NCBI GenBank assembly: GCA_039934295.1
Contig: JBDTMN010000001.1
Coordinates: forward strand, 38,091 to 102,090
Reading direction: 5' to 3'
Length of the DNA: 64,000 nucleotides
From: Candidatus Tayloriibacteriota bacterium
GTDB taxonomy: Bacteria; Patescibacteriota; Minisyncoccia; Phycocordibacterales; HO2-43-120
In this document: positions 20,419 to 30,384 of the stretch, in pieces
Position numbering within the stretch: the first letter of the stretch is position 1
How the letters are laid out: the number at the start of each line of letters is the position of its first letter
Made by a program: the position numbers and the translations under genes
The notes under the pieces: model-generated
What the model was told of the DNA's origin: nothing
Databases searched by the model: none
What the model saw: only the letters and a program-made list of their open reading frames with translations

Positions 20419-21012
20419 TTAGATTCCGGCCTTTTTCTTTAAATCGGCATTCTCCTTTTTAAGTTCAACCATTTTTAGCTCACGCCCGACCATGCTCTTG
20501 TTGAGCTTTTCCAACTCTTGCAATCGTGTTGCAAGCTCGGCAGTTCGTTCGGCGACTTTGACCTCCAAATCTTTGGTATACTCGGCCACTTTCTTTTCAA
20601 GCTGAAATTTTTCCGTGATATCTTCTATGGCGAGAATAATCAACTGCACCGAGTCTATCTGTCTCGCATTGAGTCGCATTGTTTTTTCCCCAATTGTGGG
20701 AAAAATATGTTCCACTTCATAATCCCTGACGGTCTTTTTGCTTGGCAAGATGTGCTCCAATAATTTTTTCAGTTCCGGAATATCCCATTGGCCATTGCCC
20801 AAATCGTAAATAAATTTGTTCACGGTATCTTCCGGCGCGACCTTAAAATTGTCGTAGAACACCTGGTTTCCCGAAATCACTTTTAAATCGGAGTCCAGAA
20901 TTAAAAAGGACTCTCTGGATACATCCACTAATGTCTTCATATAATGCAAAGCATCTTCCCTTGTATCTTTGCTTGCTTGTTTCTCTACCTTGGTCGAATC
21001 ATTTGTTTTCAT
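20419..21012 (-). CDS. PAS-domain protein with C-terminal coiled coil
   Basis: PAS-like N-terminal half. The tail is heptad-rich (LEKKVAEYTKDLEVKVAERTAELATRLQELEKLNK). Confidence 0.5.
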   Translation of the reverse strand: MKTNDSTKVEKQASKDTREDALHYMKTLVDVSRESFLILDSDLKVISGNQVFYDNFKVAPEDTVNKFIYDLGNGQWDIPELKKLLEHILPSKKTVRDYEVEHIFPTIGEKTMRLNARQIDSVQLIILAIEDITEKFQLEKKVAEYTKDLEVKVAERTAELATRLQELEKLNKSMVGRELKMVELKKENADLKKKAGI

Positions 21013-21068
21013 GATTTTTTTATTACTAATGATAAATAACTAATAATTGATGAAAATGTTCAAAAAAC

Positions 21069-22412
21069 TCATTTGCTTTTCCGGAGAACGAGACTGACTC
21101 GCTTGCCGAGCCGTGACTCATAATGCGCTACCAAGCTCGCCATGATATCCGCGGGGTCTCCTAGAAGTGTGAGCACCTTTCCCGTTTCCTTCTCAATCTT
21201 AAGGCCAGGAATGTCGCATGCTATCTCAAGCGCGTCATCACCAGCGTGACGTCGCATTTGCGAAATAGTGTCGCTCACCATCTCATAGTAGATGCGCTCC
21301 TTCTGTGGCTTATCAGCATAGCTGTGAAGTGGTTCTCTTCCTGCGCGGGCTCGCATGAACACTCGGCTTGCCATAAATGTGAGAATGCTTAGCAAAAGTG
21401 CGAGACTGCCAAATAACAAAAGGTCGCTCTGGAAAATGCCGAATAGCTTACGTTCAACCTTAAACTCAAAGCTTCCCGACGCGGGACTTTCTTGAAATGG
21501 ATATTGAATCTCACTTTCCGCTCGATACGTGCCGGAAGGAGTGTCACTCGGGATTTGAATTTGTTTTACAAAACTCGCGCTCGTATCAACCGCGATTGTC
21601 TCGTGTTCGGAATAAATGATAATGTTTTCTGCGTTCACAATTCTGTATGTTATCTGCACGTCAGCTCGGCGGGTCGAGCCGAAATTAGTCAGCTTTACAG
21701 ATATGGGAAGCGATTCGCCCGCCGCAACTCGTCTATCGACATCGGTGTCCAGTACAGGATTCAAGAGAACGTCGAAAAGAATCAGTTGCTCATTTTCTCC
21801 CGCATTGCTCAAAAGGGGATTTTGGACAATAAGCGAAGTCGTGGAATTCGAAGGTATTTCTCCAATAGCGGGTGATGTTTGGGAGCCCGGATTTGTCGCG
21901 GAAGTGATGGTTATCACTTCCGAAGTCGGTTCGAGGAAGGCGATTGCCGGTCCAACCAAGATATTTTCTTTGGAAATGCCGAAGGCCTTCAGTTCTACGT
22001 TAAAATAGAAGCTTGACACAGCAGGTCTTGCCTGATTTGCGAATGTAACATCACTCTCTATTCGGTATTTCCCAGGTTTTGTGTTCGCCGGAATTCCCAC
22101 CTGTCTTATAAAGCTGGCATTTGTATTAATAGAAGCTTGTTCTTGCTCAATATAAATTAAAGCTCCATCAGCACTAAAGATTTTGTACGTTATTCCCGCA
22201 TCAACGCGACGAATTGGACCGAAGGGAATCAGCTTCACGGATATGGGAAGTGAATCGCCCGCGGCGACGCTCACAATACTCACTACAGTGTTACCCGCGA
22301 TTTCTTCTGCGGCAAACGCAGACGGGTAAGTAAAAAATGAGGCAAGCGCGCAGATGCAAACAACCGCCGTCAAAGCGCGTTCCGCTCTCCTGATTATGGA
22401 TAATTTATTCAT
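21069..22412 (-). CDS. Secreted protein with two tandem homologous domains of about 130 aa
   Basis: Signal peptide. The segment AGDSLPISVKLIPFGPIRRVDAGITYKIF... and the segment AGESLPISVKLTNFGSTRRADVQITYRIV... form an internal duplication. Confidence 0.45.
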   Translation of the reverse strand: MNKLSIIRRAERALTAVVCICALASFFTYPSAFAAEEIAGNTVVSIVSVAAGDSLPISVKLIPFGPIRRVDAGITYKIFSADGALIYIEQEQASINTNASFIRQVGIPANTKPGKYRIESDVTFANQARPAVSSFYFNVELKAFGISKENILVGPAIAFLEPTSEVITITSATNPGSQTSPAIGEIPSNSTTSLIVQNPLLSNAGENEQLILFDVLLNPVLDTDVDRRVAAGESLPISVKLTNFGSTRRADVQITYRIVNAENIIIYSEHETIAVDTSASFVKQIQIPSDTPSGTYRAESEIQYPFQESPASGSFEFKVERKLFGIFQSDLLLFGSLALLLSILTFMASRVFMRARAGREPLHSYADKPQKERIYYEMVSDTISQMRRHAGDDALEIACDIPGLKIEKETGKVLTLLGDPADIMASLVAHYESRLGKRVSLVLRKSK

Positions 22413-22972
22413 GAATTTTTTTTGGGGAGCTCATTGTTTGTCGAGTTTGGCAACGTCAAATCAGGGGGCGTTAATGCGGGAGAGGCGGATGCGTGAGAGG
22501 TTGGCGAACCACTAGGGGTATTTTGTCGTCGCTTGAAATTGCTGAAATGTATTTTACTACTATAGAGTTGCCCGACGGAAAAGATAAGTAACAGTAAGAC
22601 AATAAATAGCGCAATGAACAATGACGAATATCCGTAGACCGATTCCGAGGTTAGCAAAAGAGGGTTGATATTAATATCAAAAAGAACCGGGGGGCGTCCT
22701 TGCTCTGTTGTTGTCGCAGTCGTTGAGGCGCTACATGTTGTATCCCCAAGAAAGCAGTTCGTGTCTCGCGGTCCATCTGTGCTGTTGGTGTCAGCGAAGG
22801 CGGTAAGGCTCAAAGAAAAAAACATCGCTGAAAACAATATCAATAAAAAAAACGCTGTTACTTTGGGAGCTCTATCGCCGATTCTGTTCGCGCTTACGAG
22901 GCGTGTTGTTATCATATATAAACCGTTTACCCCATCTTTAGTCCGTGACGAAGGCGAGGGGAGTCTACTCAT
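22409..22972 (-). CDS. Thr/Pro-rich single-pass membrane protein
   Basis: ORF with a TM helix and low-complexity TTATTTE/SPTSHASASP segments. The start is uncertain; ATG 22972 is used and ATG 22915 is possible. Confidence 0.3.
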   Translation of the reverse strand: MSRLPSPSSRTKDGVNGLYMITTRLVSANRIGDRAPKVTAFFLLILFSAMFFSLSLTAFADTNSTDGPRDTNCFLGDTTCSASTTATTTEQGRPPVLFDININPLLLTSESVYGYSSLFIALFIVLLLLIFSVGQLYSSKIHFSNFKRRQNTPSGSPTSHASASPALTPPDLTLPNSTNNELPKKNS

Positions 22973-23366
22973 GGCGAGTAAGCTGTTCACGCACCTTCTC
23001 CACAACTTGGTTAATCGTCCAGTCTGTTTTCACGAGGTAATAGGATGGCTCTGTTTCGGCGACCGTGCGAATAGTCTCGGGATTGTCGGCGCTTAAGTTG
23101 GTAAGGATAACAACAGGCACAGTCTTGCCCCACTCATTTGCCATGCGCAATTCTTTCAGCATTGTGAGCCCATCTTTGACGGGCATAAGAATATCCAGAA
23201 CGATAATATCGGGTTTTATCGAGAGGGCGCGTTCAAGTCCGATTTTTCCGTCTTGAGCGCCTTCGACTGCAAACCCTTCTCGCTCAAATTTTTCGGACAA
23301 CGCGGCGAGCATCTTGACTTCGTCTTCGACGATGAGGACGATATTTTTTTTCTCGTCAGTTTTCAT
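22965..23366 (-). CDS. Stand-alone response-regulator receiver, paralog of 17730..18140
   Basis: MKTDEKKNIVLIVEDE... with receiver motifs. ATG at 23366 is used; the listed start is TTG. Confidence 0.75.
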   Translation of the reverse strand: MKTDEKKNIVLIVEDEVKMLAALSEKFEREGFAVEGAQDGKIGLERALSIKPDIIVLDILMPVKDGLTMLKELRMANEWGKTVPVVILTNLSADNPETIRTVAETEPSYYLVKTDWTINQVVEKVREQLTRHE

Positions 23367-23461
23367 TTCAATTATTGTATCACGAATTGAATGCAAAGCG
23401 AGCTACTTCCCGAACATCGCTGGGTTTAATTCATCAGTCCGAAAGGCTGAATCGCTTCAAA

Positions 23462-24829
23462 CTATAAAACCGGAAGGTTTTTTATGAATGCGCGGGTGAT
23501 GGGTCCAAAGTTTCCGGAGGCCGGGGAGATGGAAACCGCAGTCTGATATTCGGCGAGCGCCCTCTGTGTCATCGGTCCGAAATAGCCGGTCGCTCCCGCT
23601 CCCGCCAAAGCGTATGCCCCCGGTCCCTGATTCATGAGGATGAGGAATTTCTGAAGTTCGACAACATCAACTCCGCTTGAGCCTAGGGAAAGGTCGCGAA
23701 GCGTGGGTGTTGCGGAAGGGGAAGCAGGGACTGCAGGGATTGTGGTGGCGGTTGTTGAGAGAGGGTTTTGCGATACGTAAGATTTTGTATTCGTGCTGTA
23801 AATTCCTTGGGCTGGCGATATGTTTGTTGCAAGCTGAAACTCGATCAAAGCATTTTTAGTCAACTGACCGAAGTAGCTTGTGGCGCCTGCGCCTGCCAAG
23901 ACTCCTGCCGCCGGACCCTTGTTTGCCTGGATAAGATATGTCTGGAGCGTTTTTACGCCGGGTCCGCTCGAGCCCAAGACAAGGTCGCCGGAGGCACCTT
24001 GCGCGACAGTGGCGCCGGCAAATGGCCTGTTGGTCATGGCTATCATTATTTCAGGGGGCACGGTCACTCCCTGGGCTATGATAGACCGAAACTCATCGGC
24101 AAAATAACCAGCAAGGAGATTTGATAAAGCTTCAGGATCCGGACTATCCTCTAGTATGGCATTTAGAAAGTCAATTTTTTCCTGCGGGGTGAATGAGCCG
24201 GTGAGCCGTGGATACGGGTCGGTCGCACCATTTTTGCGTATTTCAAAGTGCAGGTGAGATAATCCGCCGTTCGCGTTTCCGGTCGCGCCGACGAAGCCGA
24301 TAAGGTCTCCTCGGGATATTTTGTTTCCGCGTTTAAGGCGCGACGGCTGGTCCATGTGCATATATACGAACGTTTCTCCTCCTTGGTTTGAGGTGTAGAC
24401 ATAATTTCCGGCGCTTGTTCCGAAGCCCACGCTCGAAACTACCGCGTCAGTGGGAGTGACAATAGGCACTCCGGTCTTTGATATGAGGTCCTGACCTTCA
24501 TGAGTTCTGGTTCCTCCGCCTCGTGAATCACCAAAATCTGGATAAAAGTCAGAGCGGTCAATGCCAAAAAGGACGGGAATTGGCAGGCTTTCAACACGCG
24601 TGCCACCAAGAGATTTTACGGACGATCTGGTGGACGCAGACTGGTCAATCCAATTGGTTATCTCCGCTTCATTGACGGGAGCATCGAGCCCAGAGCCTTC
24701 GACTGTGTTAGCCAACTGCGTCCTCCAGTAGTTATGGATTTTGTTTCCGGTCTCAGCTTGGACATTCTCCGGGTTCACGAAGAGGGGAAATGCAATGGCG
24801 ATGATGACGAGAATTGAGATATGCTTCAT
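23462..24829 (-). CDS. M23 family metallopeptidase with two C-terminal peptidoglycan-binding-like repeats
   Basis: The HEGQDL...HLHFEI motifs are present. Duplicated segments LVLGSSGPGVKTLQTYL and LSLGSSGVDVVELQKFL occur near the C-terminus. There is a signal peptide from ATG 24829. Confidence 0.7.
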   Translation of the reverse strand: MKHISILVIIAIAFPLFVNPENVQAETGNKIHNYWRTQLANTVEGSGLDAPVNEAEITNWIDQSASTRSSVKSLGGTRVESLPIPVLFGIDRSDFYPDFGDSRGGGTRTHEGQDLISKTGVPIVTPTDAVVSSVGFGTSAGNYVYTSNQGGETFVYMHMDQPSRLKRGNKISRGDLIGFVGATGNANGGLSHLHFEIRKNGATDPYPRLTGSFTPQEKIDFLNAILEDSPDPEALSNLLAGYFADEFRSIIAQGVTVPPEIMIAMTNRPFAGATVAQGASGDLVLGSSGPGVKTLQTYLIQANKGPAAGVLAGAGATSYFGQLTKNALIEFQLATNISPAQGIYSTNTKSYVSQNPLSTTATTIPAVPASPSATPTLRDLSLGSSGVDVVELQKFLILMNQGPGAYALAGAGATGYFGPMTQRALAEYQTAVSISPASGNFGPITRAFIKNLPVL

Positions 24830-24913
24830 AAAATTTTTTATTAAAAATAACTCATGCATATACATTGATTCAATTTATTATATCATCTTCTTGGATTTTA
24901 GAGAGTTGGCGGG

Positions 24914-25846
24914 CATTTTAGTCTTCATGTTGTTATGGCTGAGACTCGGGCAAAAGCATTGAATATCTATACAAATCTTGGGTGAGAGTCATGAATTTTT
25001 TATAATTTTCGTCTGTCTTTAAGCTACCAATCGTACCGTCTTTAACTTTCACAATCTCCTTTCCTGTAGTGTCATATAGATAAAAGAAACCGCCCGTGAG
25101 ACCTAATAACCGGTCTGGGACTTGAAAATATTTCATATCATAGTCTCCTTCATAGAAAACACCGTACGTATTTGCGTCGTTTTCAAGACATATTTTTTTG
25201 ATTATCTCCATATACTTCGACGTCTTGTCCTTACCTTTTGAAATCATATTCAACCCATCTACCACCCTATTAAAATATACTCTGTTCCATTCAAAAGCCG
25301 TATCCCCAAGCTCTTTCATTTTCGTTAAAAATTCTTGTTTCGAGAGAGATTGATCGATAATTTCCAGTCGCAAATAAAGTGACGGTTCTTGTCGGAGTTG
25401 CCATTTTCCCAATAATAATTCGAATTTCGCATTATAAACCGATTGCGGATCATATTGTTCTATGGCATGTAACTCCTTCATAATATCTTCCCTCTTTAGG
25501 AGTAGAGCCCCGAACGGATCTACGACAGCTCGAGCTATCAACATATGCTGATCCTGGAGATACTCAAATGCTATTGACGTATCTAGTGTGCCATAAAAAT
25601 CACCGTTTTCACTTTTGGTCAATTCTTCAGGTTTGCCGTGGACTTTATCCGACCATGCCATGACATAGCGGAGGGCAGCCGCCTGGTCGAGCGGTTCTTG
25701 AGATACACGAATGTCCTCCTTGTTCGATGAAAAGAAGTAGATTCCAATTCCCGCGAGAACTATAATAGCTAGAACAATGTACATTTTGGGTGATTTCATT
25801 GAGAATAATTAAATACTTGATTTCTTCATTAAATAAATTATACCAT
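24914..25846. repeat. Direct repeat A (about 930 bp) carrying the paralog gene; partner at 27668..28596
   Basis: About 490 bp at the upstream end and about 95 bp at the downstream end are identical to repeat B. The middle is diverged. Confidence 0.85.
24933..25799 (-). CDS. Membrane-anchored hypothetical protein, paralog A
   Basis: 288 aa with an N-terminal TM helix. Residues 1-147 and the last about 24 aa are identical to paralog B, and the middle is about 60% identical. Confidence 0.6.
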   Translation of the reverse strand: MKSPKMYIVLAIIVLAGIGIYFFSSNKEDIRVSQEPLDQAAALRYVMAWSDKVHGKPEELTKSENGDFYGTLDTSIAFEYLQDQHMLIARAVVDPFGALLLKREDIMKELHAIEQYDPQSVYNAKFELLLGKWQLRQEPSLYLRLEIIDQSLSKQEFLTKMKELGDTAFEWNRVYFNRVVDGLNMISKGKDKTSKYMEIIKKICLENDANTYGVFYEGDYDMKYFQVPDRLLGLTGGFFYLYDTTGKEIVKVKDGTIGSLKTDENYKKFMTLTQDLYRYSMLLPESQP

Positions 25847-25878
25847 AATATGTCAGTACACAAAAAATCGTAACCTTA

Positions 25879-26841
25879 TCATTCTTTAGTTATCTTGAAT
25901 GTTGCAATGACTGTCGTGAAAAACTCGTCTACTGGAAAACCTGTTTTTTCTGAAAGACCGTCGACATCGACAAAAAATTTATTATTTTCCCCAAAAAATA
26001 CCGCATACGCAAAGTGGTTTGGGGCAATATCTGCACCGGACGTTTCCTCTTTCATATACGTATACGGTATTTTGTTTGGATTGGGATTTGAAAGTGCGTA
26101 AGAAGGTATTTCAAAATCATTTTCTGAATATGGATATTTTGATACCACTATGGTAGGCCTGGTTCCTGAAATTAGTTCTTTATTGGGGGAATTTAGCGTA
26201 ATGACGCATTCATATCCACGTTTGTTCTTTGTCTGATGATCTTCAACTGACATAACTTCCCAGCCGAAAAAGATTGGGTATCGGAAGGTAAATCCTGTCA
26301 TGTTCGAACAGGAGGAATCTCGAGTTTCGATTACTTTGGATTTTTTGAACACAAACGTCTTGATTATCATATCCGCCATTTTCTTGGCGGAGTAGCTATT
26401 TTGTTCATCATATGGTGAAGGAAGAGGAACTGATATCTCAACAACTTCAGTTTTTGACTGTGGAGTTGATATTGAACTTCCAATAAATGACAAATATCCA
26501 ATCTTTACATCGTAATTTGTGTAAGTAATTCCATTAGGATTTGTCGGCAATCTGTCAGGTAATGCGATAGGTGATGATTGATAATTTCTGGAAATCTTAA
26601 TCGATGGTGCGACAACACTCTCAAAGGGTACACTAAAATAAATATTTCCATCACTTGGTATTGAAGATTTCCACCCCTCAAACTCCGGATACTGGAAGGA
26701 AAAACCACCATCGGGGGCGGTGTAAGTCTCCACGGATATTACCTTCGGATTTCCTAAACTAGGACGAGTGGAAATCCAGCCTATGGCAGCAATAATAATT
26801 AGTAGTGCGATAAGTGTGATCATAATTTTGTGGGATTTCAT
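25879..26841 (-). CDS. Secreted or membrane-anchored hypothetical protein
   Basis: 320 aa with an N-terminal TM helix. Confidence 0.45.
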   Translation of the reverse strand: MKSHKIMITLIALLIIIAAIGWISTRPSLGNPKVISVETYTAPDGGFSFQYPEFEGWKSSIPSDGNIYFSVPFESVVAPSIKISRNYQSSPIALPDRLPTNPNGITYTNYDVKIGYLSFIGSSISTPQSKTEVVEISVPLPSPYDEQNSYSAKKMADMIIKTFVFKKSKVIETRDSSCSNMTGFTFRYPIFFGWEVMSVEDHQTKNKRGYECVITLNSPNKELISGTRPTIVVSKYPYSENDFEIPSYALSNPNPNKIPYTYMKEETSGADIAPNHFAYAVFFGENNKFFVDVDGLSEKTGFPVDEFFTTVIATFKITKE

Positions 26842-26873
26842 AAGAAATAGTATATCACAGCATCATACACCTC

Positions 26874-27206
26874 TTAATTCAAGAAAAAATTTATATATAT
26901 TACAATAAGGTACAACACCACTCGAACCCAGCGCCAATAATTACAAGACCGTTGTTCCTCCGCTGGTGGTGAGAAAGCGATAAAGAGCGCGAACGAGACA
27001 AAAGATATTGCAAGAACTCCAACAATAGTGTCTGCAAAGAATAAAGTGCAATATGCTCCATCTGTACATGAATAGCCAAAAGGTGTCAGGATGAAAAGAA
27101 CAATGAGCAGACTCATGCCTGAACTCAACATAGGTATAGGAAGGATGCTTAATATAATAAACGGGATTCCCAGTCTTCTTTCATATGTTGATAATTTGTT
27201 TTTCAT
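26874..27206 (-). CDS. Small multi-TM hypothetical protein
   Basis: 110 aa with 3 predicted TM helices. Confidence 0.4.
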   Translation of the reverse strand: MKNKLSTYERRLGIPFIILSILPIPMLSSGMSLLIVLFILTPFGYSCTDGAYCTLFFADTIVGVLAISFVSFALFIAFSPPAEEQRSCNYWRWVRVVLYLIVIYINFFLN

Positions 27207-27212
27207 ATTTTT

Positions 27213-27632
27213 TTAAATATTAAGCGTCAACCAATAAAATACCGTCAACAAAAGACAAGTAGCTAAAATAACAAGGATAAAATTCTTCCCATACAACCTA
27301 TCAATTTTTCTATACTGTCGATTAATTGTAGTAAGGTCAGCTCTCTCACCTCTACGGAATATCAAGATCGCCAGACATAGTCCAATAATAAAAGAAATAG
27401 CATTCGTGTAAAACAAGTTTCCGTATATCAATATATTTTCAGGAACAAAGAAGCAGAGACTGATTACGAAAAATAATACGATGAGACCGGAAAAAATCCT
27501 CGCACCAACCCCTTTGATGCGATATATTTCATCTAATATCAAAGGCTGATACAACATCCTCCCCTTGATCAAGGTAATAGTAAAAAGACATACTGCAAAA
27601 AATGAGAAAGTTGTTAAAAAAAATTCTGTCAT
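27213..27632 (-). CDS. Small multi-TM hypothetical protein
   Basis: 139 aa with 4 predicted TM helices. Confidence 0.4.
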   Translation of the reverse strand: MTEFFLTTFSFFAVCLFTITLIKGRMLYQPLILDEIYRIKGVGARIFSGLIVLFFVISLCFFVPENILIYGNLFYTNAISFIIGLCLAILIFRRGERADLTTINRQYRKIDRLYGKNFILVILATCLLLTVFYWLTLNI

Positions 27633-27667
27633 ATCGCGCGATTGATTACGAGGGCAATGATGATATA

Positions 27668-28596
27668 CATTTTAGTCTTCATGTTGTTATGGCTGAGACT
27701 CGGGCAAAAGCATTGAATATCTATACAAATCTTGGGTGAGAGTCATGAATTTTTTATAATTTTCATCTGCCTCTGATTTACCAAGTGTATCTTCTTTAAC
27801 CTTCAAAACCTCCTTTCCCGACGTGTCATATAAATACTGAAAATCACCTATTTTAACCCTGGCTGGAACTTCGAAATATTTGATATCATTGGTTTTACCG
27901 TCATAAATAACATTGTACGTATTCGCGCCCTTTTCGAAACATATTTTTTTGATAATATCCATATACTTCAATGCCATATTCTGGCCTTTTGAGACAAAAT
28001 TTGCCCCATCCACCACCTCGCCAAAATATGTTTGGTTCCATACAAATGCTGTATCCCTAAGCTCCCTCATTTTCGTCAAAAACTCTTGTTTTGAGAGAGA
28101 TTGATCAATAAATTCCAATCGCAGATAAAGTGACGGTTCTTGTCGGAGTTGCCATTTTCCCAATAATAATTCGAATTTCGCATTATAAACCGATTGCGGA
28201 TCATATTGTTCTATGGCATGTAACTCCTTCATAATATCTTCCCTCTTTAGGAGTAGAGCCCCGAACGGATCTACGACAGCTCGAGCTATCAACATATGCT
28301 GATCCTGGAGATACTCAAATGCTATTGACGTATCTAGTGTGCCATAAAAATCACCGTTTTCACTTTTGGTCAATTCTTCAGGTTTGCCGTGGACTTTATC
28401 CGACCATGCCATGACATAGCGGAGGGCAGCCGCCTGGTCGAGCGGTTCTTGAGATACACGAATGTCCTCCTTGTTCGATGAAAAGAAGTAGATTCCAATT
28501 CCCGCGAGAACTATAATAGCTAGAACAATGTACATTTTGGGTGATTTCATTGAGAATAATTAAATACTTGATTTCTTCATTAAATAAATTATACCA
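27668..28596. repeat. Direct repeat B (partner of 24914..25846)
   Basis: Direct nucleotide comparison. There is one T insertion at 27672. Confidence 0.85.
27687..28550 (-). CDS. Membrane-anchored hypothetical protein, paralog B
   Basis: 287 aa with a mosaic identity pattern relative to paralog A. Confidence 0.6.
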   Translation of the reverse strand: MKSPKMYIVLAIIVLAGIGIYFFSSNKEDIRVSQEPLDQAAALRYVMAWSDKVHGKPEELTKSENGDFYGTLDTSIAFEYLQDQHMLIARAVVDPFGALLLKREDIMKELHAIEQYDPQSVYNAKFELLLGKWQLRQEPSLYLRLEFIDQSLSKQEFLTKMRELRDTAFVWNQTYFGEVVDGANFVSKGQNMALKYMDIIKKICFEKGANTYNVIYDGKTNDIKYFEVPARVKIGDFQYLYDTSGKEVLKVKEDTLGKSEADENYKKFMTLTQDLYRYSMLLPESQP

Positions 28597-28605
28597 CGAG
28601 CTACC

Positions 28606-29169
28606 TTACTGCGATTTCACTTGTGTCGTAGTAGTTACAAACGTAAATGTCGATAATATTCCTTCCAAAATACCTTCGCTCTTTTCCTTGTCGGCTAAAT
28701 TTGATCCGACAGAAATCTCATACCACAGCCCATTTTCATATGTTTGAGCTAATGCCATAAACGCCATTATTTCTGCGTCCTCTGTAGTTATCTTTTTCCA
28801 TTCAATCCCGTTGCTCAAGATTGCAATAGGGTTGTCATCACTGCCCATAGAATATTTACCTGTCTTGTGAACAAAAACCTGCACACCCGGGCAACCAGTA
28901 GGAAATAATTTCTCTTCACGCACTTGACGACATTTTTCATTGAAATCAAGATTTAAGCCAGTTTTTGATTCCTTTAAAACAAAAGTTGCTGGATGTTTCA
29001 ACTCAAAACCATATTGCGTGTTGGTATATGTGATCCAATCCTTACTGCCTGACTGATTAAAAAAAGCTCGTTCATTAAAACCATTGGTCCAGAGATACAA
29101 AAGACCCAAGAAGATAAGAGCAACTGCGACTATTGCATAGTAAATTTTTGTCGGTACATTAAATTTCAT
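28606..29169 (-). CDS. Secreted or membrane-anchored hypothetical protein
   Basis: 187 aa with an N-terminal TM helix. Confidence 0.45.
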   Translation of the reverse strand: MKFNVPTKIYYAIVAVALIFLGLLYLWTNGFNERAFFNQSGSKDWITYTNTQYGFELKHPATFVLKESKTGLNLDFNEKCRQVREEKLFPTGCPGVQVFVHKTGKYSMGSDDNPIAILSNGIEWKKITTEDAEIMAFMALAQTYENGLWYEISVGSNLADKEKSEGILEGILSTFTFVTTTTQVKSQ

Positions 29170-29226
29170 TGTATTTTTATCTCACTAAATTATTATAGCA
29201 TCAACCACCCTCTTTCCTTCATCATC

Positions 29227-30144
29227 CTATCTGGATTGAGCTACGATTTGTTCCAAGTCAGTCCAATTTATTTGCAAATCATTGTAAATTAAACCATCTA
29301 AGCCTTTGTATTTTTCAAATTGTTCATCGGGTACGCTTAGTTGTAAATCTGCCCATAATGTCGAACCGGGATTTGGATCCTGCATATAAATATCCAAAAT
29401 TCCCTGTGGTTTTCCTGAAACAGCATGCGTTGCTCCTCTGACCTCAAAAGCAAATGTTTTATTAGCCTGGTCAGTATATGAAACTCTGCTCTTAAATGCG
29501 GGGTCATTGGCTGCAGATTCTTCCATAAAACCATCAATTTTCTGCATAACAGAATTAAAATCAGAAACGCCAAGTCCAGAACTATCGAGGATTTTTAATG
29601 CAATAAAAGTTAAAGGCAAGTGGCCATCGGCAGAATCGCCGTATTTAGGATAAAAGAAAATTTTATCTAACGGATCAAACCCTCCCATACTTTCCCAACC
29701 CAATGGAACATTCATTTTAGCAGCAAGTAAATTTGCATTGACTGTGGCATAGCCGTCATTCTTCTCTACTATTGTTAAATGTGGAGTGCCGTATTCTGTA
29801 ACATTAGGAGCTGCAATTTTTGGATCCAGACTATCAGTATTATCACTGAACGCAAATTCTTTATAAGTTGCAGTTGGAAAATTTATTTTTTTTGTTTTAA
29901 GTGTACTCATATTTGATTGATTAGTTTGAGTACTACTTTCAGAAGTATTTGATAAATTTTCATCTCGTTTTATTAAATATGAACCCAACCAAGCTAAAAG
30001 TGAGAATACTACGATAACACTTCCTAAAATTATACCGATAATTTTCCATATTTTCCCTATATGTGCTGGCTCGGGGGGAATTGTTTGCGGAGCAGATGGA
30101 GGCATTTCAGGTGGTTGCATTTGTTGAGATGTTTGATTTTCCAT
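29227..30144 (-). CDS. Membrane-anchored hypothetical protein with Pro-rich N-terminus
   Basis: 305 aa. A PPEMPPSAPQTIPPEP segment precedes the TM helix. Confidence 0.45.
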   Translation of the reverse strand: MENQTSQQMQPPEMPPSAPQTIPPEPAHIGKIWKIIGIILGSVIVVFSLLAWLGSYLIKRDENLSNTSESSTQTNQSNMSTLKTKKINFPTATYKEFAFSDNTDSLDPKIAAPNVTEYGTPHLTIVEKNDGYATVNANLLAAKMNVPLGWESMGGFDPLDKIFFYPKYGDSADGHLPLTFIALKILDSSGLGVSDFNSVMQKIDGFMEESAANDPAFKSRVSYTDQANKTFAFEVRGATHAVSGKPQGILDIYMQDPNPGSTLWADLQLSVPDEQFEKYKGLDGLIYNDLQINWTDLEQIVAQSR

Positions 30145-30384
30145 ATTTAAAAGTTAAATTATTAATAATGATTATTATCCCACTAAACCCTCACCTCATC
30201 AACCACCTTTTTTCTTTTTCAGCTAGTTTTTTCTTTGAACTCCATGAGCCATCTGTGAACTTCATGTAGTCGTAAGCTACGGGCGCATTACCTGTGCTAT
30301 TTGACAAGAAGCTATAAATAGTGTATACATTATTATAGTTTTACCGAATTGATTTGCGGATTTAACCAGAAACGAAAGGTCTTT

